Of a stretch of 64,000 bases of DNA, positions 20,807 through 39,345 are shown in pieces. A program made the translations under genes and the position numbers. The notes under the pieces are model-generated. The model was not told where the DNA came from and searched no databases. It worked only from the letters and a program-made list of their open reading frames with translations. Positions within the stretch are counted from its first letter, which is position 1. The number at the start of each line of letters is the position of its first letter. This DNA comes from Podarcis liolepis (Eukaryota): the NCBI GenBank assembly GCA_965112155.1, contig OZ218104.1; one strand, written 5' to 3'.

Positions 20807-20990
20807 CTGACTCCAAGTCTCAAGTTTCAATGGAGCCGCCCAACTTCCTGTCTTGACAAGCCACGCGAAGCTAGGAAACCGGAAGTGCCCGTGGATGCTG
20901 GGAAATGTAGTTCTCAAAACAAAGAACGGCACCACTTCGTGGCAGGCGGCGTACTTGCAGACGCTTTAGGTCAGCTTCTTCCATAAGAGG
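20807..20990 (-). promoter_or_regulatory. PDF: Probable PDF promoter and non-coding exon 1
   Basis: ZNF143-type ACTACATTTCCCAGCATC (20911-20894), ETS CCGGAAGT (20879-20886), local CpGs, donor CAG|GTAGGG at 20807/20806, acceptor just upstream of 20000. Confidence 0.65.
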
Positions 20991-21509
20991 AAGCGGTTGT
21001 GTAGCAAAGGGGAGAATAAGATCCCTCTTGAAGTGACAGGTTTTCCCCATCATATCATTGGTAGCGATGCAGCTGCCTCAGGCTCATCTGCTTTACCTCA
21101 GCCCTGCTGCTAAACTCAACACCAGCAAGTTTTGGCCCTGAATACTTGCTGCATTTCCACACATGCACCCCTCAACTACCGGCTAGGGGGAAAAAAATCC
21201 TTCCAATCTCTCTAGACAAAAATTGTTCTATCCTTTTCTATGCAGAGACTTACTCCAATTAAGACTCCCTCACACTTACCTGCTACCTTTTTAGGACTCC
21301 TAGACACAGTCCACAGTCCACCGTTCTCTCCCTGCCTCCTGTCCACTTTGCTTAATATTCCCCCCCCAAAAAGGGAGGATTTTGAAGCATTCAAAATCTC
21401 ACTCACTTGCTGCCCTGGGCCATTTTAACTTGCCCTGGTGATGGAGCTGTTGTTTTAAATTTATTTCTCACCTACTAAAGCTCAGACAAACCAGGATCTA
21501 AACTCTTCT

Positions 21510-21698
21510 CCTCCCTGTGGAATGCCCTCCCTTCAAATGCCAAGGAGATAAAAGAACTACAGAACTTTTAGAAGACATCTGAAAGCAGCCCTGTATTGGG
21601 AAGTTGTTAATGTTTGATGTTTTACTATGTTTTATATATGCTATAAGCTGCCAAGAGTGGCTGGGGAAACCCAGCCAGATAGGCAGTGTATAAATAAA

Positions 21699-21750
<52 letters not shown>
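21510..21750 (+). mobile_element. LINE 3'-end fragment (L2-like) with (TTA)n tail
   Basis: TGGAATGCCCTCCC...GAAACCCAGCCAGAT...TATAAATAAA then (TTA)n; shorter copy at ~46030-46145. Confidence 0.65.
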
Positions 21751-21753
<3 letters not shown>

Positions 21754-22399
21754 TCATTTCTTGGGCTTCAACTGCAGATGATCTTGGTCTTGGCTAGCAG
21801 GTTTCCTCTTCCTGTAGCACCAACTAAAGTAATTACCCTCTTCTGAAGGGCCAGCTACAACCCAAAGCAGTTGGTAAGAACAGTGGGATTCCCACACTCA
21901 GCAAGTTGGACTTACCAAAGAAGAAATTCATACTTAGTCTGAGATATCAAGGGAAAACTGGCAGACACATTTTATTCTGCAGCTTTAGGCACCAGGCAAT
22001 TCCAGAGGAGAGGAAGATAAGGATGACACACGAGCATTTTTGGTGAATGGGGAGGCCCAGAAAAAACTGGTACTGACTGATACCTAAAGCAACTAGCCTC
22101 GGGAGAGAAGATTCAGGGGCCCACTCTCTTTACAGTACAGCATACTGAGGTACAACACAGAGAACCAAACAAGCAATCAAGTTTATTCAAACCCTGATCC
22201 ACCTTCACCAAAATTCCTTCCTCCCAGTGTCCACACCCAACTTCCTTCCCACCAGAGCAATGAAAGCTCAGTCTGTCCTTGAAGTGCTGAAGTAGAACCC
22301 AAAACCAAGAGCTGTGCCTGCCCATCGCAGGAATGAGTCTCTCCTCAGTCAGGTTCAAGTATCATGGAACCCCGGAAAACAGGCAAAATCCAGTGAAAA

Positions 22400-25300
22400 C
22401 TATTCTAGAGGAGCACTCAGCAGCAAGGCATCACCAGAAGCTGCACTGCTCTCTTCTGCTTCCAGAACAGGGGCTGGGGCACTGGGATCTGCTTCCTGCC
22501 TGGCATCAGGGAGTTCCAAGTCCAATGGAGGAGGTGCTAGGCTTTCTTCAGTCAGCCTTTTCTCCTCAGACAAGGGATAGACAGTCTCTTTCTCCGGCAG
22601 GACTGAGGCCAGGAGCTCCTGAATCAGCTGCTCATCCACACAGCCAAGACTGCCATATTTGTGCAGCTGTGTTGGGGGAACACCTAGCAGTAAAAAAAGA
22701 AAATATATTAAAATGAGAAGTTAAAATCTTACATCAACCCTAAGCTAGAGAACATTCCTTGTACTACTGCCAATTCTCTCTCTCTCCCTTCCCCTGGCAG
22801 TAGCCTGAGCTGTTGAGCACTGATTTCAATGACTTGCAAGCCTACAAGGACCACCACCAAGCAACCCCACCCCACCAATGTGCTGTTCACAAAGTCACAC
22901 GCAGGAGCCACTCATCCACCACAGACCAGGGCTCAGCTGCAAGCTCCTTTCCCACCAAAAGAGTTCAAGCAGCCATACCCAAAGTCTGTGCAATTTGTGC
23001 TGGGGGGAAGAGGAGCTGCAGACAACGGTTGAGGTAGGGTACCAAGTCTTCCAGAAATGCCATGCAGAAGTGAATGAACAGCTCTTGTTCTCGGCTGCTG
23101 AAGGCCACAGCCTCTGCCCGGTGGAAAACCAGAATGACCTTTGTCACCTGCAAAGAGAAAAAGAGAAGCTAGAATTTCTAGGTTTGGTGTCCAAGGGGAA
23201 GGAAGGAAGGGACTGCAGTACTACTCAGCATGCTAGCCTCATCAAATGGTCAAAATAAAAGCCCAGCTAATCGGTCAGGGACACACCCAGAAGCTGAGTG
23301 ACAAGATGTCACATACTACCTTATAGAACAGGGACTAAGAAACTTTGATCTCTCAAGTGCCACAGTCTCCTGGCAGGAAATCCAGCAGGGGCCATTTGCT
23401 GACTATGGGTGAGGTTAGAGCTAGTGGTGAGCAGGTTCAGTAGCCAAAACAGGCGAGGTCAACCACTTTCTCTCTCTCTCCTCTCTCTCTCTTCCAGCCC
23501 ACCCAAAGCAAGCACTGATTGCTGTTGTCAGATGCCTGAACTGGTTGCTTGCAAAGGGCTTCTTGAAATAAGCCAGAGGCCCATCCCTGAAAAGACAGAC
23601 AGCAGCAACATCAGAGGGAACAAGCATAAACTCACAAACATGACCTGCCAAGTTGCTGAAAAGGGCTAGGAAACTCCAAGGAGTATAACTAAAGATAAGG
23701 CTGCAAGCAGCTAAGACTCTGCTGCTAGCAAATTTCTGTCCTGTCACCTAGACATCTGGAGCATTTTTAATCCAGCCTCTTGGTGCACATGAGCAACAGA
23801 GAACCCCACCTGGCCAAGTGCATCCTCCAGGGTAGCTGCCACGTCTGGGGCAAGAGCCACAGGGCAGCAGAGGCGCAGGTCGTTGAAGGCTACCAGGATA
23901 TTGTTGAGGAAGCAGGCGAGTGGTGGGAAATGTAGCAGCACCATGGGGGGCTGGAGGGTGCCTGGCTGGGCAGAAGGAGCCACTGCTACAGGGATGGTGC
24001 TGCTGCTGCTGCCCAAGGCAGTCGGCACAGAGATTAGCGTGTAGGAGTTCATCTCCTCCTGGAATTTGTTCACAGCTTCCTGCATGGCTCTCTTGAAGGT
24101 GACCAGTGCCACCCGCTGAAATATGGGGATGAGCAGGCCCCGGAAGTCCGCTCCAACACGGCTGAACGAGAGGCCAAAGTACATGCACTGGCCCAGCAGG
24201 GAGTCCAGGCGGCTGCCCACACCGCGCTGCAAGTCACGCTCAAGCACCAGCAGGAACTGGGAGACCTTCTGCAGGACCCACCCATGGAAGATGGCACTTT
24301 CATTGAGGGTGTCCTGCCCAGGTGGAGGCACCAGCGGCTCCTCGTCAGCAAAAATGGCACGGTACTGCGTGACAATGTCAAAGAGGTGCACGCGGCAGGC
24401 CTCAATGGTCTTGGTAATATGCACATAGGGGTCGTCACCAGGAACAGCAGCAAGGATAGAACGTAGCCAGATGTCCCGTGCCTGCAGGAAAGTAATTCGT
24501 AGCTCAGCCTCAGTGAAGACATCCATGCAGCGAAGGTAGCCAATGATGCGCAAGCAGGCTGGCAGCTGAATGTTGGTGCGAAGCTGCTGGATCAGCTGCG
24601 TAAGCATGAGCTGTGTGGACTGGCGCACCTCTGCCACTATGCCCTGGGAAGAAGAAGAGAGACAAAATAAACTTCTGTTACCCATGGTACCCAAACCAAG
24701 CTGATCTCAATACTGCACAAACTATTTTATTTTCACTACAGTCCTTATGGTCCATCCATGTGATCACTTATGAGAGTGTCTACAGGTCAGTGGTAGATAT
24801 ACCTGCTTGATATACTAGATATACTCTGGCTGCCAGAGTAGACAATACTGGGCTTAGTGCACAGTCAAACCTGGTATGAGGTAACTACATTTTATAATGA
24901 TGTGTACTTTTGGGAACTTTTAAAGAGGTATCACTTGCTGTTGTCCTGAGTTCCTTTGGGAGGAAGAGTCGGATATAAATGTGGTAAATAAATAAAGTGT
25001 TGTGACCTTAAGAATGCATTCTTCTTTGCAGATGGAAGAAGGGCTTTAACTGGATCAGAACAGGGCCTGCCTCATCTCAGCTTTCTGTACAAGAATCCCT
25101 GCAACTAGCAAATTAGACATTAGCCAAGAGTCATTAGTCAGTGATGGGGTGTGGTCTACCTTCTATCTATCCCTGCTTTACAGACAGCACTTAAGAGATC
25201 AGTGGCTTATATCCTGCTCTTGTTGAAAGTCAAAGAAATAGATCGCTACAGCACATGCACAAACCCTGGCTGCAATAAGCAACATAAGCACTTAGTCAAG

Positions 25301-26390
25301 AAAAAAGCAACAAGAGAAGAAGCCTCAAATCCAGAAATATTCTGGCTTCTACAAACAGAACATGACAGCTCATGATGGTCCAGGATTGTGGGTCTCGGGT
25401 ATCCTTAGGCAGTCAAACAACCTGGATCAAACTTAGGAAACCAGAACAGAAGCCACCCCACCTCTGCCTCTGTGAGCCATGGCAGAGAAAACAAATGCAA
25501 AGGGTTGGAGATGCCTTTCTTCACTAAGCTTTTGCTCAGGACCTGAAACTCTAGTAGCAAATGGCTGGGACCTACTATCACCGTATGGCTTAAGGCAGCT
25601 CTGGCACCTGTCAGGCTCAGAACATGTCTGCACCTGGATGACAGGGATGGTGGCGTGCTTCTTCTCCAGGCGGCGGACATAGGACACCAGCTCCAGGGCC
25701 TCCTCGTAGTAACTGTTGCGAACGCAGGTGTCCATCAGCTGGGGGATCTCCAGCACTTCCAGGATCTCTGTGTGGAGGTTCAGGGTCAAGCTGTTCATAC
25801 GGCGGTTCTGAGTGATCTGTTCAGCCTCCTGCATGAAGTTCCTAGAGACAGGAGCAAAAGAAGAAGAAGAAAGCAAGTTAAGCCAGGAAAAGCAAAAGGG
25901 GAAGCCAGCCAGCCCCCTCTAACCCACCCATTCCAATGGCAGTGAGTTCCATAAGTTAACGGTGGGGCGCCCCAGGATTATTCCTGCCCCCAAAAGGAGT
26001 GTGGCGGCAGCCTTGGCCTCCAACTCCTCCTGCTCACCGGCAGGCCTCGGCGAAGGGTGGGAGGCGGCCCAAGAGGCGGTCGAGGCCCTGCTCGATGCCA
26101 CCGAAGCCGCGACGCGTCTCAGCGGTGCATTCGGCGGAGCGGATGAAGGTCTTGTAGTGGGCAAAGGCCAAGGCCCGCGTCTGCGCCCCGAGCTGCGCTC
26201 GTTCCTCCGCCAACCGGCCGGGTTCCCTCCGCAAGGCCTCCAGGCCCAGCCCAGCCAGCGCCGACAGGTAGGTCGCCAGCTCCGCGTCCCCCGCCGCCAG
26301 GGGCGGAGGCAGCGGCGAGGTCGCCCCGCGGAACAGCCATGCCAGGAGGCTCGCTTCCTCTAGGTCCGCCGAAGGCTCCGGGGCCGCCAT
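22400..26390 (-). CDS. COG8: Conserved oligomeric Golgi complex subunit 8; exons 26390-26038, 25841-25634, 24643-23810, 23147-22979, 22683-22400 (1848 nt, 615 aa)
   Basis: Dor1-family sequence (LAFAHYKTFIRSAEC, EILEVLEIPQLMDTCVRNSYYEEALEL, GQCMYFGLSFSRVGADFR); GT-AG boundaries in frame; minus-strand AATAAA at 22187-22182 and 21977-21972. Confidence 0.97.
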
Positions 26391-26733
26391 TGGGCTTCCC
26401 TCGACGTGGACCAGGAAGTGATCGCTATGGCAACCGGGAGGCCGCGCTAGCCAGAGGCGGAGGCTAGTCCTCCGTGGCAGATCCGGGTGCCGCTCTGCCC
26501 GAAGCCTCTGTGTTCGTATGACGCGACCGGGACGTCACGCAACGATGCTCCGACACTTGCACTCTATTGTGACCATAGACATATTTCTGGGTGTCAGGCT
26601 AGAGAGGGAAGAGCCTATGCGTGTAGGACACCCGAACTTAGTTTGATGTTGCAACTTCCGCTTCACGTCTTTGATCCGAGGCTTCCTTGAATTGGAACCA
26701 CGCGGGTGTCCGGCGTCTGTCTCGGAAGGTGCG
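26391..26733. promoter_or_regulatory. Bidirectional CpG promoter COG8/NIP7
   Basis: Divergent ATGs 343 bp apart; ETS cores (GGAAGT, ACTTCCG); RFX-like ATCGCTATGGCAAC 26421-26434. Confidence 0.85.
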
Positions 26734-29618
26734 ATGCGGCCCCTCACGGAGGAAGAAACGCGTGCGCTCTTCGAGAAGCTCTCCAAATAGTAAGCGGGGT
26801 GGAGGTGGCGGCACTTGTGTTCTCTGGGTTCATTAAGGCTTTGCGATTAACCCATGGAACTCACTGACACAAGATACCTGGATCCCCACCCAATGGACTT
26901 CCAGAGGGAATTAGAGAAATCAGTGAAGGAGGGGAAGTTTGTCTCTTGCTGTTGGCCCAGAAAGTAAAGTGGAAGCGTCATTGAACCATAGCGGTGGAAG
27001 ATACCGTAAAGGTCCTCTAGCCCACCCCAATGGATGTAGAGAATCACAACATTATAGGCAAGCAGCAACCCATGCTCTGCTGCGAGGAAGGGGGCACCCA
27101 CCTTCCCAGACAGACTGTACCAGTGTGGAATAGCTCTTCTTAATCTTCCACGGAATACCACTAGCTGGGAGACAACAGCAGGAGAACTAGATGGGTCGTG
27201 TTTAATGCAGAAAAATAATTACAGGGGTTATGGGGAAGTCAGAACAATAGTTTAAAATTGAAGTCTTCATATACAGAGGCAGTATGTCTTAGATATGGCT
27301 ACTGTTCTCCACCCCTGCTTGCTGGCTCCCTGCAGGCATTTGACTTGCTTTTGCCAGGAGCAGGAGGCTGAACTAATTGGGCATTTGGTCAAATCTAGCG
27401 TAAGAGGGCTGTTCTCATGTTTTGTGGGGACTGGCTGACAGTGTGTCTCTTTGTTTCAACCTTTTTAAGTATTGGTGAGAACATCCAGCTCCTGGTTGAC
27501 CGGCCAGATGGTGCCTACTGCTTCCGCCTGCACAAGGACCGTGTCTACTATCTCAGGTGAGGAGGGCCTACATTCACCCTGGGGCATGTTATTAATGTTT
27601 ATACCCTCATCCATAACACACATTAAGTAAAAATAATAGGATGGATCTTTGAACATGTGTAAGGCTCTCTTCCTCTTCCAGAATGTACCCACATCTTTGT
27701 GGGTGGGGAGAAGAGTAGAGGCTTCTGTGAGGGAAAGGAAAGGGCCTGTTTTCTTTTGTAAGATGCTGCTTGTTTTCACTACAGAGCTGCAAGGTGCTGG
27801 GAAAGAGATCTTGCTTCCCTTGTGTTTTTAGCAGTAGAAGAGTAAAAGATGTAAAAGGAGCAGAACTGAACTAAGGGAAGCTGTACTCATGGACAGTCTT
27901 TCATATGCAAATGAAGGACAGAGAGGAGGGACTTGGTCTGAGCTCCCGTTTTGTCTGATCCAGTTTTTGGCACATTTTATCACTTCCAGTGCAAGTGCAC
28001 CACATTGTATTTGGGGACCAGGAGTGGCTATAAGGTCTTTCTTGTTTTAGGGTTGCTTGGATTAAATCCCCAAACCTGCCTTTCCATCATCTCAGTATCC
28101 CCAATTTGGTTTAGGTACCTTAAAGCTTCTCCTCTCCCCTATGGAAGCATATGACTAAAAAGCCACAATATTGGCTGCAGGTACTTGAAGTGTGCCTCAG
28201 GCCACAGCATGGTTCAGTGATGCTCTGATGGTGACTTCGGAGCTTCTGAATCTGGAGAGACCAAGTCCCAATGATAAGTCTTTGCTTTCTGTTTCTTAGT
28301 GAGAGGATTCTGAAGCTTGCTACAAACATCCCCCGGGAGAATCTGGTATCTCTCGGCACCTGCTTTGGAAAGTTCACCAAGAGCCAGAAGTTCCGACTCC
28401 ACATCACTGCCCTCGATTACCTTGCTCCCTACGCCAAGGTAAAGATGGCACAGAGGAACACTGATTTGAGGGGCACTACCGTACCAAAATAGGGGACACG
28501 GGTGGCGCTGTGGGTAAAACCTCAGCGCCTAGGACTTGCTGATCGCATGGTCGGCGGTTCGAATCCCCGCGGCGGGGTGCGCTCCCGTCGTTCGGTCCCA
28601 GCGCCTGCCAACCTAGCAGTTCGAAAGCACCCCAGGGTGCAAGTAGATAAATAGGGATCGCTTACCAGCGGGAAGGTAAACGGCGTTCCGTGTGCTGCGC
28701 TGGCTTGCCAGATGCAGCTTGTCACGCTGGCCACGTGACCCGGAAGTGTCTGCGGACAGTGCTGGCTCCCGGCCTATAGAGTGAGATGAGCGCACAACCC
28801 TAGAGTCTGGCAAGACTGGCCCGTATGGGCAGGGGTACCTTTACCTATCGTACCAAAATAGGTTCCGCTCTGGCAGGAAGGTAAACGGTGTTTCTGTGCG
28901 CTGCTCTGGTTTCGTCAGAAGCGGCTTAGTCATGTTGACCACATGACCCGGAAGCTGTACGCTGGCTCCCTCCACCAATAAAGCGAGATGAGCGCCGCAA
29001 CCCCAGAGTAGTCCACGACTGGACCTAACGGTCAGGGGTCCCTTTACCTTTACCTAGCCTACCAAAAATGTCAAAAAACCTGTAGTGCTGTGTGGGGTGG
29101 GGACCTGCTAGCTGTTTCTTGGGAAGGAGGGTATTGTTTTTGATTGTGCTAATCTAAGGAGGACACAGAAAGGGAACGCGTGTAGTGGTACATTTAATCT
29201 AACTCAAAGAGGATATCTCTCATTTTTTTCTCATGCAGTACAAAGTGTGGGTGAAGCCTGGGGCAGAGCAGTCCTTCCTTTACGGGAACCACATACTGAA
29301 GTCTGGCTTGGGGCGCATCACAGAGAGCACTGCCCAGTACCAGGGTGTGGTGGTATATTCCATGGCTGACGTCCCCCTGGTGAGTAACACCTAGTGGGTG
29401 GGTGGGATGGTTGGACCTGAGTGAATTTGAAGTTAAGACAATGCCTACCCCCCCCCCCAAGGTCTTAATTCCTTCCTTGTTCCAATTTACCTTCTTAGGG
29501 CTTCGGAGTGGCAGCCAAGTCCACCCAGGAGTGCCGGAAAGTGGACCCCATGGCGATCGTGGTTTTTCACCAAGCGGATATTGGAGAATACATACGGCAT
29601 GAAGAGACGCTGACATAA
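26734..29618 (+). CDS. NIP7: 60S ribosome biogenesis protein NIP7; exons 26734-26789, 27470-27556, 28300-28438, 29239-29379, 29499-29618 (543 nt, 180 aa)
   Basis: [24 protein letters not shown]...[17 protein letters not shown]...PUA domain...[17 protein letters not shown]. Confidence 0.98.
28493..28844 (+). mobile_element. Sauria SINE, full length (NIP7 intron 3)
   Basis: Same family as 3256-3619; TSD ctaccgtaccaaaatag/ctatcgtaccaaaatag. Confidence 0.9.
28858..29053 (+). mobile_element. Sauria SINE, 5'-truncated
   Basis: Begins at internal ATAGG motif, ends in CCTTTACCTTTAC tail. Confidence 0.85.
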
Positions 29619-30420
29619 ATGGCAGGGCAGAAAGCCCCAAAGACTGACTTTCCCACCCTCCTCAGATAGAAGCTGCAGGCTTTCAACCAGCCTGTGCCCC
29701 TTTTCATGCAGACTGTGGAAGGTGCAACTGTGTATGAGTCACAAAACTTTGGGATGTAGCTGCAGGCCTGGCAGTTCTAGGGACACAGCTACAATTCTGA
29801 CACAGTAAAGCTATTTCATTTTTCTCCTTTCATTGTCTTGATTCATCTGGTGTTCAGGGAACTGATTGCATTACAGCCTCTTTTATTTTGCCCTGGGCTT
29901 TGGGGCTGGGGAACCAGAGCTGTTTCACAAAGCCACGGAGAACCAAAAGCTAGAAGTTCTCTTTTCCTCCCACCTTCCCTACTGCAGCTGCCTTTGCTTC
30001 CAAGCTGGCTGCCTCTAAAGGAAGAGGAAGAAATCTTGTGTTTGGTGGTGGTGGTGGAGCTCGTCTGTGTCTGCATGCGCACCCCCATTTACTAACTATG
30101 CCCTTAATGTACCTCTTGCTCAATGTAAAAATCTCACATACGTATGCTGTGGTTTCAGTAGGACTCCTGCATTTTGAGTCATGTTTATTTTAACTTCATT
30201 TCAAGTCAACCCCCCCCCCCCTGTGGCTCCTCTGGAAGAATACTTGGATTTTTCAGCCAACACCCCTCCCCCCACCAAAAAAGAAGCCGCACCAGCAGGT
30301 GGACATGCCCTTGCTCTCCTTTGCGGCTTGCAGGTATTTAGTCAGTTGGGTGTTAAGAGGGTGGCAAGGAGAGAGCAGTTTGGCTTTTCAGCCTGGCATA
30401 AATAGCCTTCTGAAGCAGCC

Positions 30421-35255
<4,835 letters not shown>

Positions 35256-36149
35256 CTACCTGCTGCTTGCCAGACTTCTTGGACTGCAATTCCCATCAGC
35301 CCTAGTCTCAGATGGTTGTGCTGATGTAACCTGTAGTCCAAGAGATCTGGAGGCTAGGGCAGGCAGGGGTAAAGTGTTCCTTCAAGCACAAGCCTCTTGT
35401 AGCAATTGAGCAGAGCACTAGGCCCTGTACGGGTGAGGCAGCCGAGGGGCAGACAGAACATTGATTCCTCACCTTTCCTCCTAAGATCTCCAGGTGGCAT
35501 ACCTGGTTCCTCCAACACCATCTTTTTCATAACCACCACCCTGTGACCAGGCTGACCCAGGGAGTTTTCCTGCTCAATGCTTTGAACCTGGCTGGAACCA
35601 GTCCCTCATAGCCTGACATTCTGGCTAATTCAACCACCACACTGGTACTCTTTGCTGCAGGTTTCCTGTTGGGGCATTTGGCTGGCCGCTTTGAAAACCA
35701 TGTCCTGGACTAGATGGGCCCCTATTTGACCAGATTATTCAGATGCTGCAGGGCTCTTCTGATGTTTTATGCTAAAAGGCAACAGGGAATGGTTAGATCT
35801 ATTCTGTCTTAGACGAAGGCAGGTTACCCAACAGCAAAAAGCACAGAGCGATCAAATCTGCTATACTTTCATTACTGCAACTCACACATACTGCATTTTA
35901 AGTCCCAAGACTGCAGTTTGATTTAAATAGTATCTCTTTCCTACTAAAGCCCTTTGTTGGGAAGAACTGCCCTAACTAGTTTGCCCTTTTCTTTGCCCAG
36001 AGTATGGCTGCATTCCATTCCACCCACTTCAGCGCAAATCCTTCTTGTCTCCTTGTTACTCAAAAGTTCTCCCAAAGCACAAATTCTGCTTGCTTGTAGC
36101 AGCTGGTGCTTGAAGGACAAACTGTGTATCGCAGGAGGAAGTTTTCCCA

Positions 36150-39100
36150 GCAGCTGAGATAAGAGAGGGGGGCACCTCTGGGATAAAATCTGCTCATGGA
36201 AAAAAAGCTAACCACTTTCAAGATCTGTGTAGTTTTGGTAGTGAGGCAGAGGGAGAGCACAGCCACAACCCATTTTGCATGTGGTGTCTGGCTCCATCCA
36301 CGCTACACAATCAACCGCTTCTTGGACTCACATAAGCCAGCATGTCCTCCAACACATTTGAAGTTCAAGCAGTACCACCAGCTAAAAAAAGGAACAGGAA
36401 AAACAGTGGTGACGGGAACAGTCTGCCCCAATGGGAGAACAACTAGCAACACCTTTGTCCTGCCTCAGAACACATGGAATGCTAGTGCCAAACTAAATAG
36501 CATGGTGGAGATTCCTTTTACGTAACTATCATGGGAAGCAGCGCCTGTTAAAGGAACATGAAACACAGAAGTTGGGGGGGGAATGCACTTTGAAACAGGT
36601 TCTAATGAAATCCTTAGAATATTGGAACACAAAAGATCAGAATTAGAAGTGTTATATATGGAGAGAATAGGCAAATCCATGCTTGTTGTGAGTCAAAAGT
36701 TATATGAACATGGTAATAAACATTCCAAATACTAGCCAGGGCTCTCAAAAGTAAGCAATGTATTTAAATAATTACTTTAAATATGGAACTCACTCATGAC
36801 TAAAATCAGATTAGCAATATGTTTATAGAGTTTTATAAAGCTCTATATAACCCAAATAACCCTTTACCTGAAAAAAATTAAGTGAGAAGATGTGTTATCA
36901 AACCTTTCATAAAGAAAGCACAACAAAAGATAACATTCTGCAGAAGAAATTGATCAAGCTATTAAAAAAACTGAAATACTGTATATGAGCCCTTGACCCA
37001 ATGGGCTTGGAAACACATTTTTTTAAAAATACAGAGACCTACTCACACTTTATATTTGTCAACTTTATCCATCTGGCAAGAGCAATCAGGCGCTGATACA
37101 TAGGCATTGATCCAGAATAACTGTCCTTCTAAAGCCAGGCAGAGATAAAGCACAGGTGTGCTCATACAGGCGAATTACCTTATTGAATCAGGACCAGATT
37201 ATCTTCTTCTCAATTTTAGTTGCACATTTAAATCTAATAATTAGGAATTTAATCCATACAGACGAAACATACCTCTTGGGCATATCTTGGATCCCATAAG
37301 ACTGTTCTTTTTGGATTTATGTTCCTTAGAAATTTACAAAGCCTTTGGTGGTCTGGAATGGTGTTCTCTCTTAACATTTTGCGGACATGCCTACTAGGCT
37401 ATCACCTTATTACAGCAATAGCTAAACTCTATTCAAATAATTCAGCTACTCTAAGAATTAATAACATGGACTCCTCAGCAATTGCTATCTGGAGGGGGAC
37501 AAAAAAGGTTGTCCCTTGTGGCTACTGCTCCTCGTCTTCTCTTTTGAACCATTCGCTAATATCTTACGTCTTAATCCAAATGTAAAAGGATATTCAAGAG
37601 AGGGCGAAGAGCATCTATTGACAATGTATGCAGATGATATTGTTGTGATGATGAAAGGCCCTAAGGGGTCAGCCTGTGCATTAAAGGAAGAATGAAAATC
37701 TTTTTCAAAAGTGTCAGGTAAACATTGGAAAATCAATGATGTTTTTCAGTCTTCCACCACTGATTGAAATACACACTTGTCATATTCTTAATACACCTAT
37801 GTGCTGCTCTGCATCTGAGACTTGGGTGTGCCAATTCTAAAAAACATGAACCATGAATCTAAACTGAATTATCCCATTATTTTAAAAATGAACATGGACA
37901 TTAAAAAATGGAACAAATTTAACCTTTCCATTTTAGGCTCTATTGCAGCAGTACATATGTTAATTCCCCATTTTCTGTCTCTCTTTCAGGTCCTCCTTAC
38001 TTTTCTCCAACGTCCAAATGGCAAACTAAAATTGTTTCATATTTCAAGATAAGTCTTCAAGGTTGCCCATGAAATATTATTTTCTTTTCTTTTTTAAATC
38101 AAAGTTGTTGGGGTTTACCAAACCTCTCGGTATACCATGATGCGTTCCAATTGAGACAGCAGGCTTTCATGATTATGAAGGATGGTAAGAAATGGATCAA
38201 TTTGGAAGAAAAACAAATAGCCCTAGGTCTGCTATGTGCTTCATCTTTCAAAAACCTTAAAATTATCACCCAAATGAATAACCCATATTTACAAACTAAA
38301 TTGAGGATATGGAAAAAATGGAAGTTGACTCTCCCCAGGTTGTTCACCACTCACTTCTTTGCAGACATATGCCAGTCTAAAAGATGATACTTTAAAAGCT
38401 AAAATAAAGAAAAGGGTAAAATTGGGTTATTTCAGACTGTGATTTTTTTTTACAGGAGTAAGACCAGTAGCTTTAAATGTACTAAAAATGGGAATTAACT
38501 TTAAACAAGACTTCAAATTCTACAAATCAAACATTTACTAAAGGATCTGATGGTTAAATTACATGCAACTTCTTTTGAATGATCCAAGGTGCCACTAGGT
38601 AATGGAGGTAAGGAAATAGTATCAAAATTTTATGGTTACTTAATACAGAACTAATTTGGGGACTTGTCTAGCCTAAAATCAAAATGGGAACATGATGTAA
38701 AAGTAACAATGGAATACTCAATTTGGAAAGGCATATGGATGAAGAAACCCTTTAAAGTCAGTGTCTGCAAATATTAAAGAAATTTCACTCAAAATCTTCC
38801 ACAGATGGCATAGGACTCCATCCCAACATCACATCAACTATAAGCCCCTTATGTTGGTGTGGATGTGACACTAAGGGGACAAATATACATTTATGGTGGA
38901 CTTGTTCTTGAATACAAGTTGTTTGGTCCCTGGTTCACATAGAACTAACAGCACTAATAAAGAAAACTGAATTCACTCCATAGCTTTTTATTTTAACAAT
39001 GTTCCAAGGTACAAATAAAAATGTACTATCTAAAGAACTCATCACTTTACCAACTGTAGCAAGGCGGTCTATTGTCCAACACTGGAAATATTTTGTGGTA

Positions 39101-39345
39101 TAAAAACATGTGCAACACTGCAATTTCAGCAAAATTTTCATTTAGTTTTCAATTAATTCAAGTTGAGGCATAACCTATGGATTTTGGTGCAGTGTGGTGG
39201 GATTTTATATAGTATGTTATTAATACTAATTGAAGTAACTTGATTCCACAAGTAAATAAGAATGTTTGCCTATCGTGAGACTATAAGATGATGTCATCCT
39301 GTTTGTGGAGAGAATATATCTTATTCTACTGTCTTTTTACTTTAA
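36150..39345 (+). mobile_element. Old degenerate L1 (ORF1 end plus ORF2 remnants)
   Basis: Frameshifted remnants: GTKKGCPL (~37495), MYADDIVV (~37624), GLPNL (~38110), CWCGC...IHLWWTC (~38850); boundaries approximate. Confidence 0.75.
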
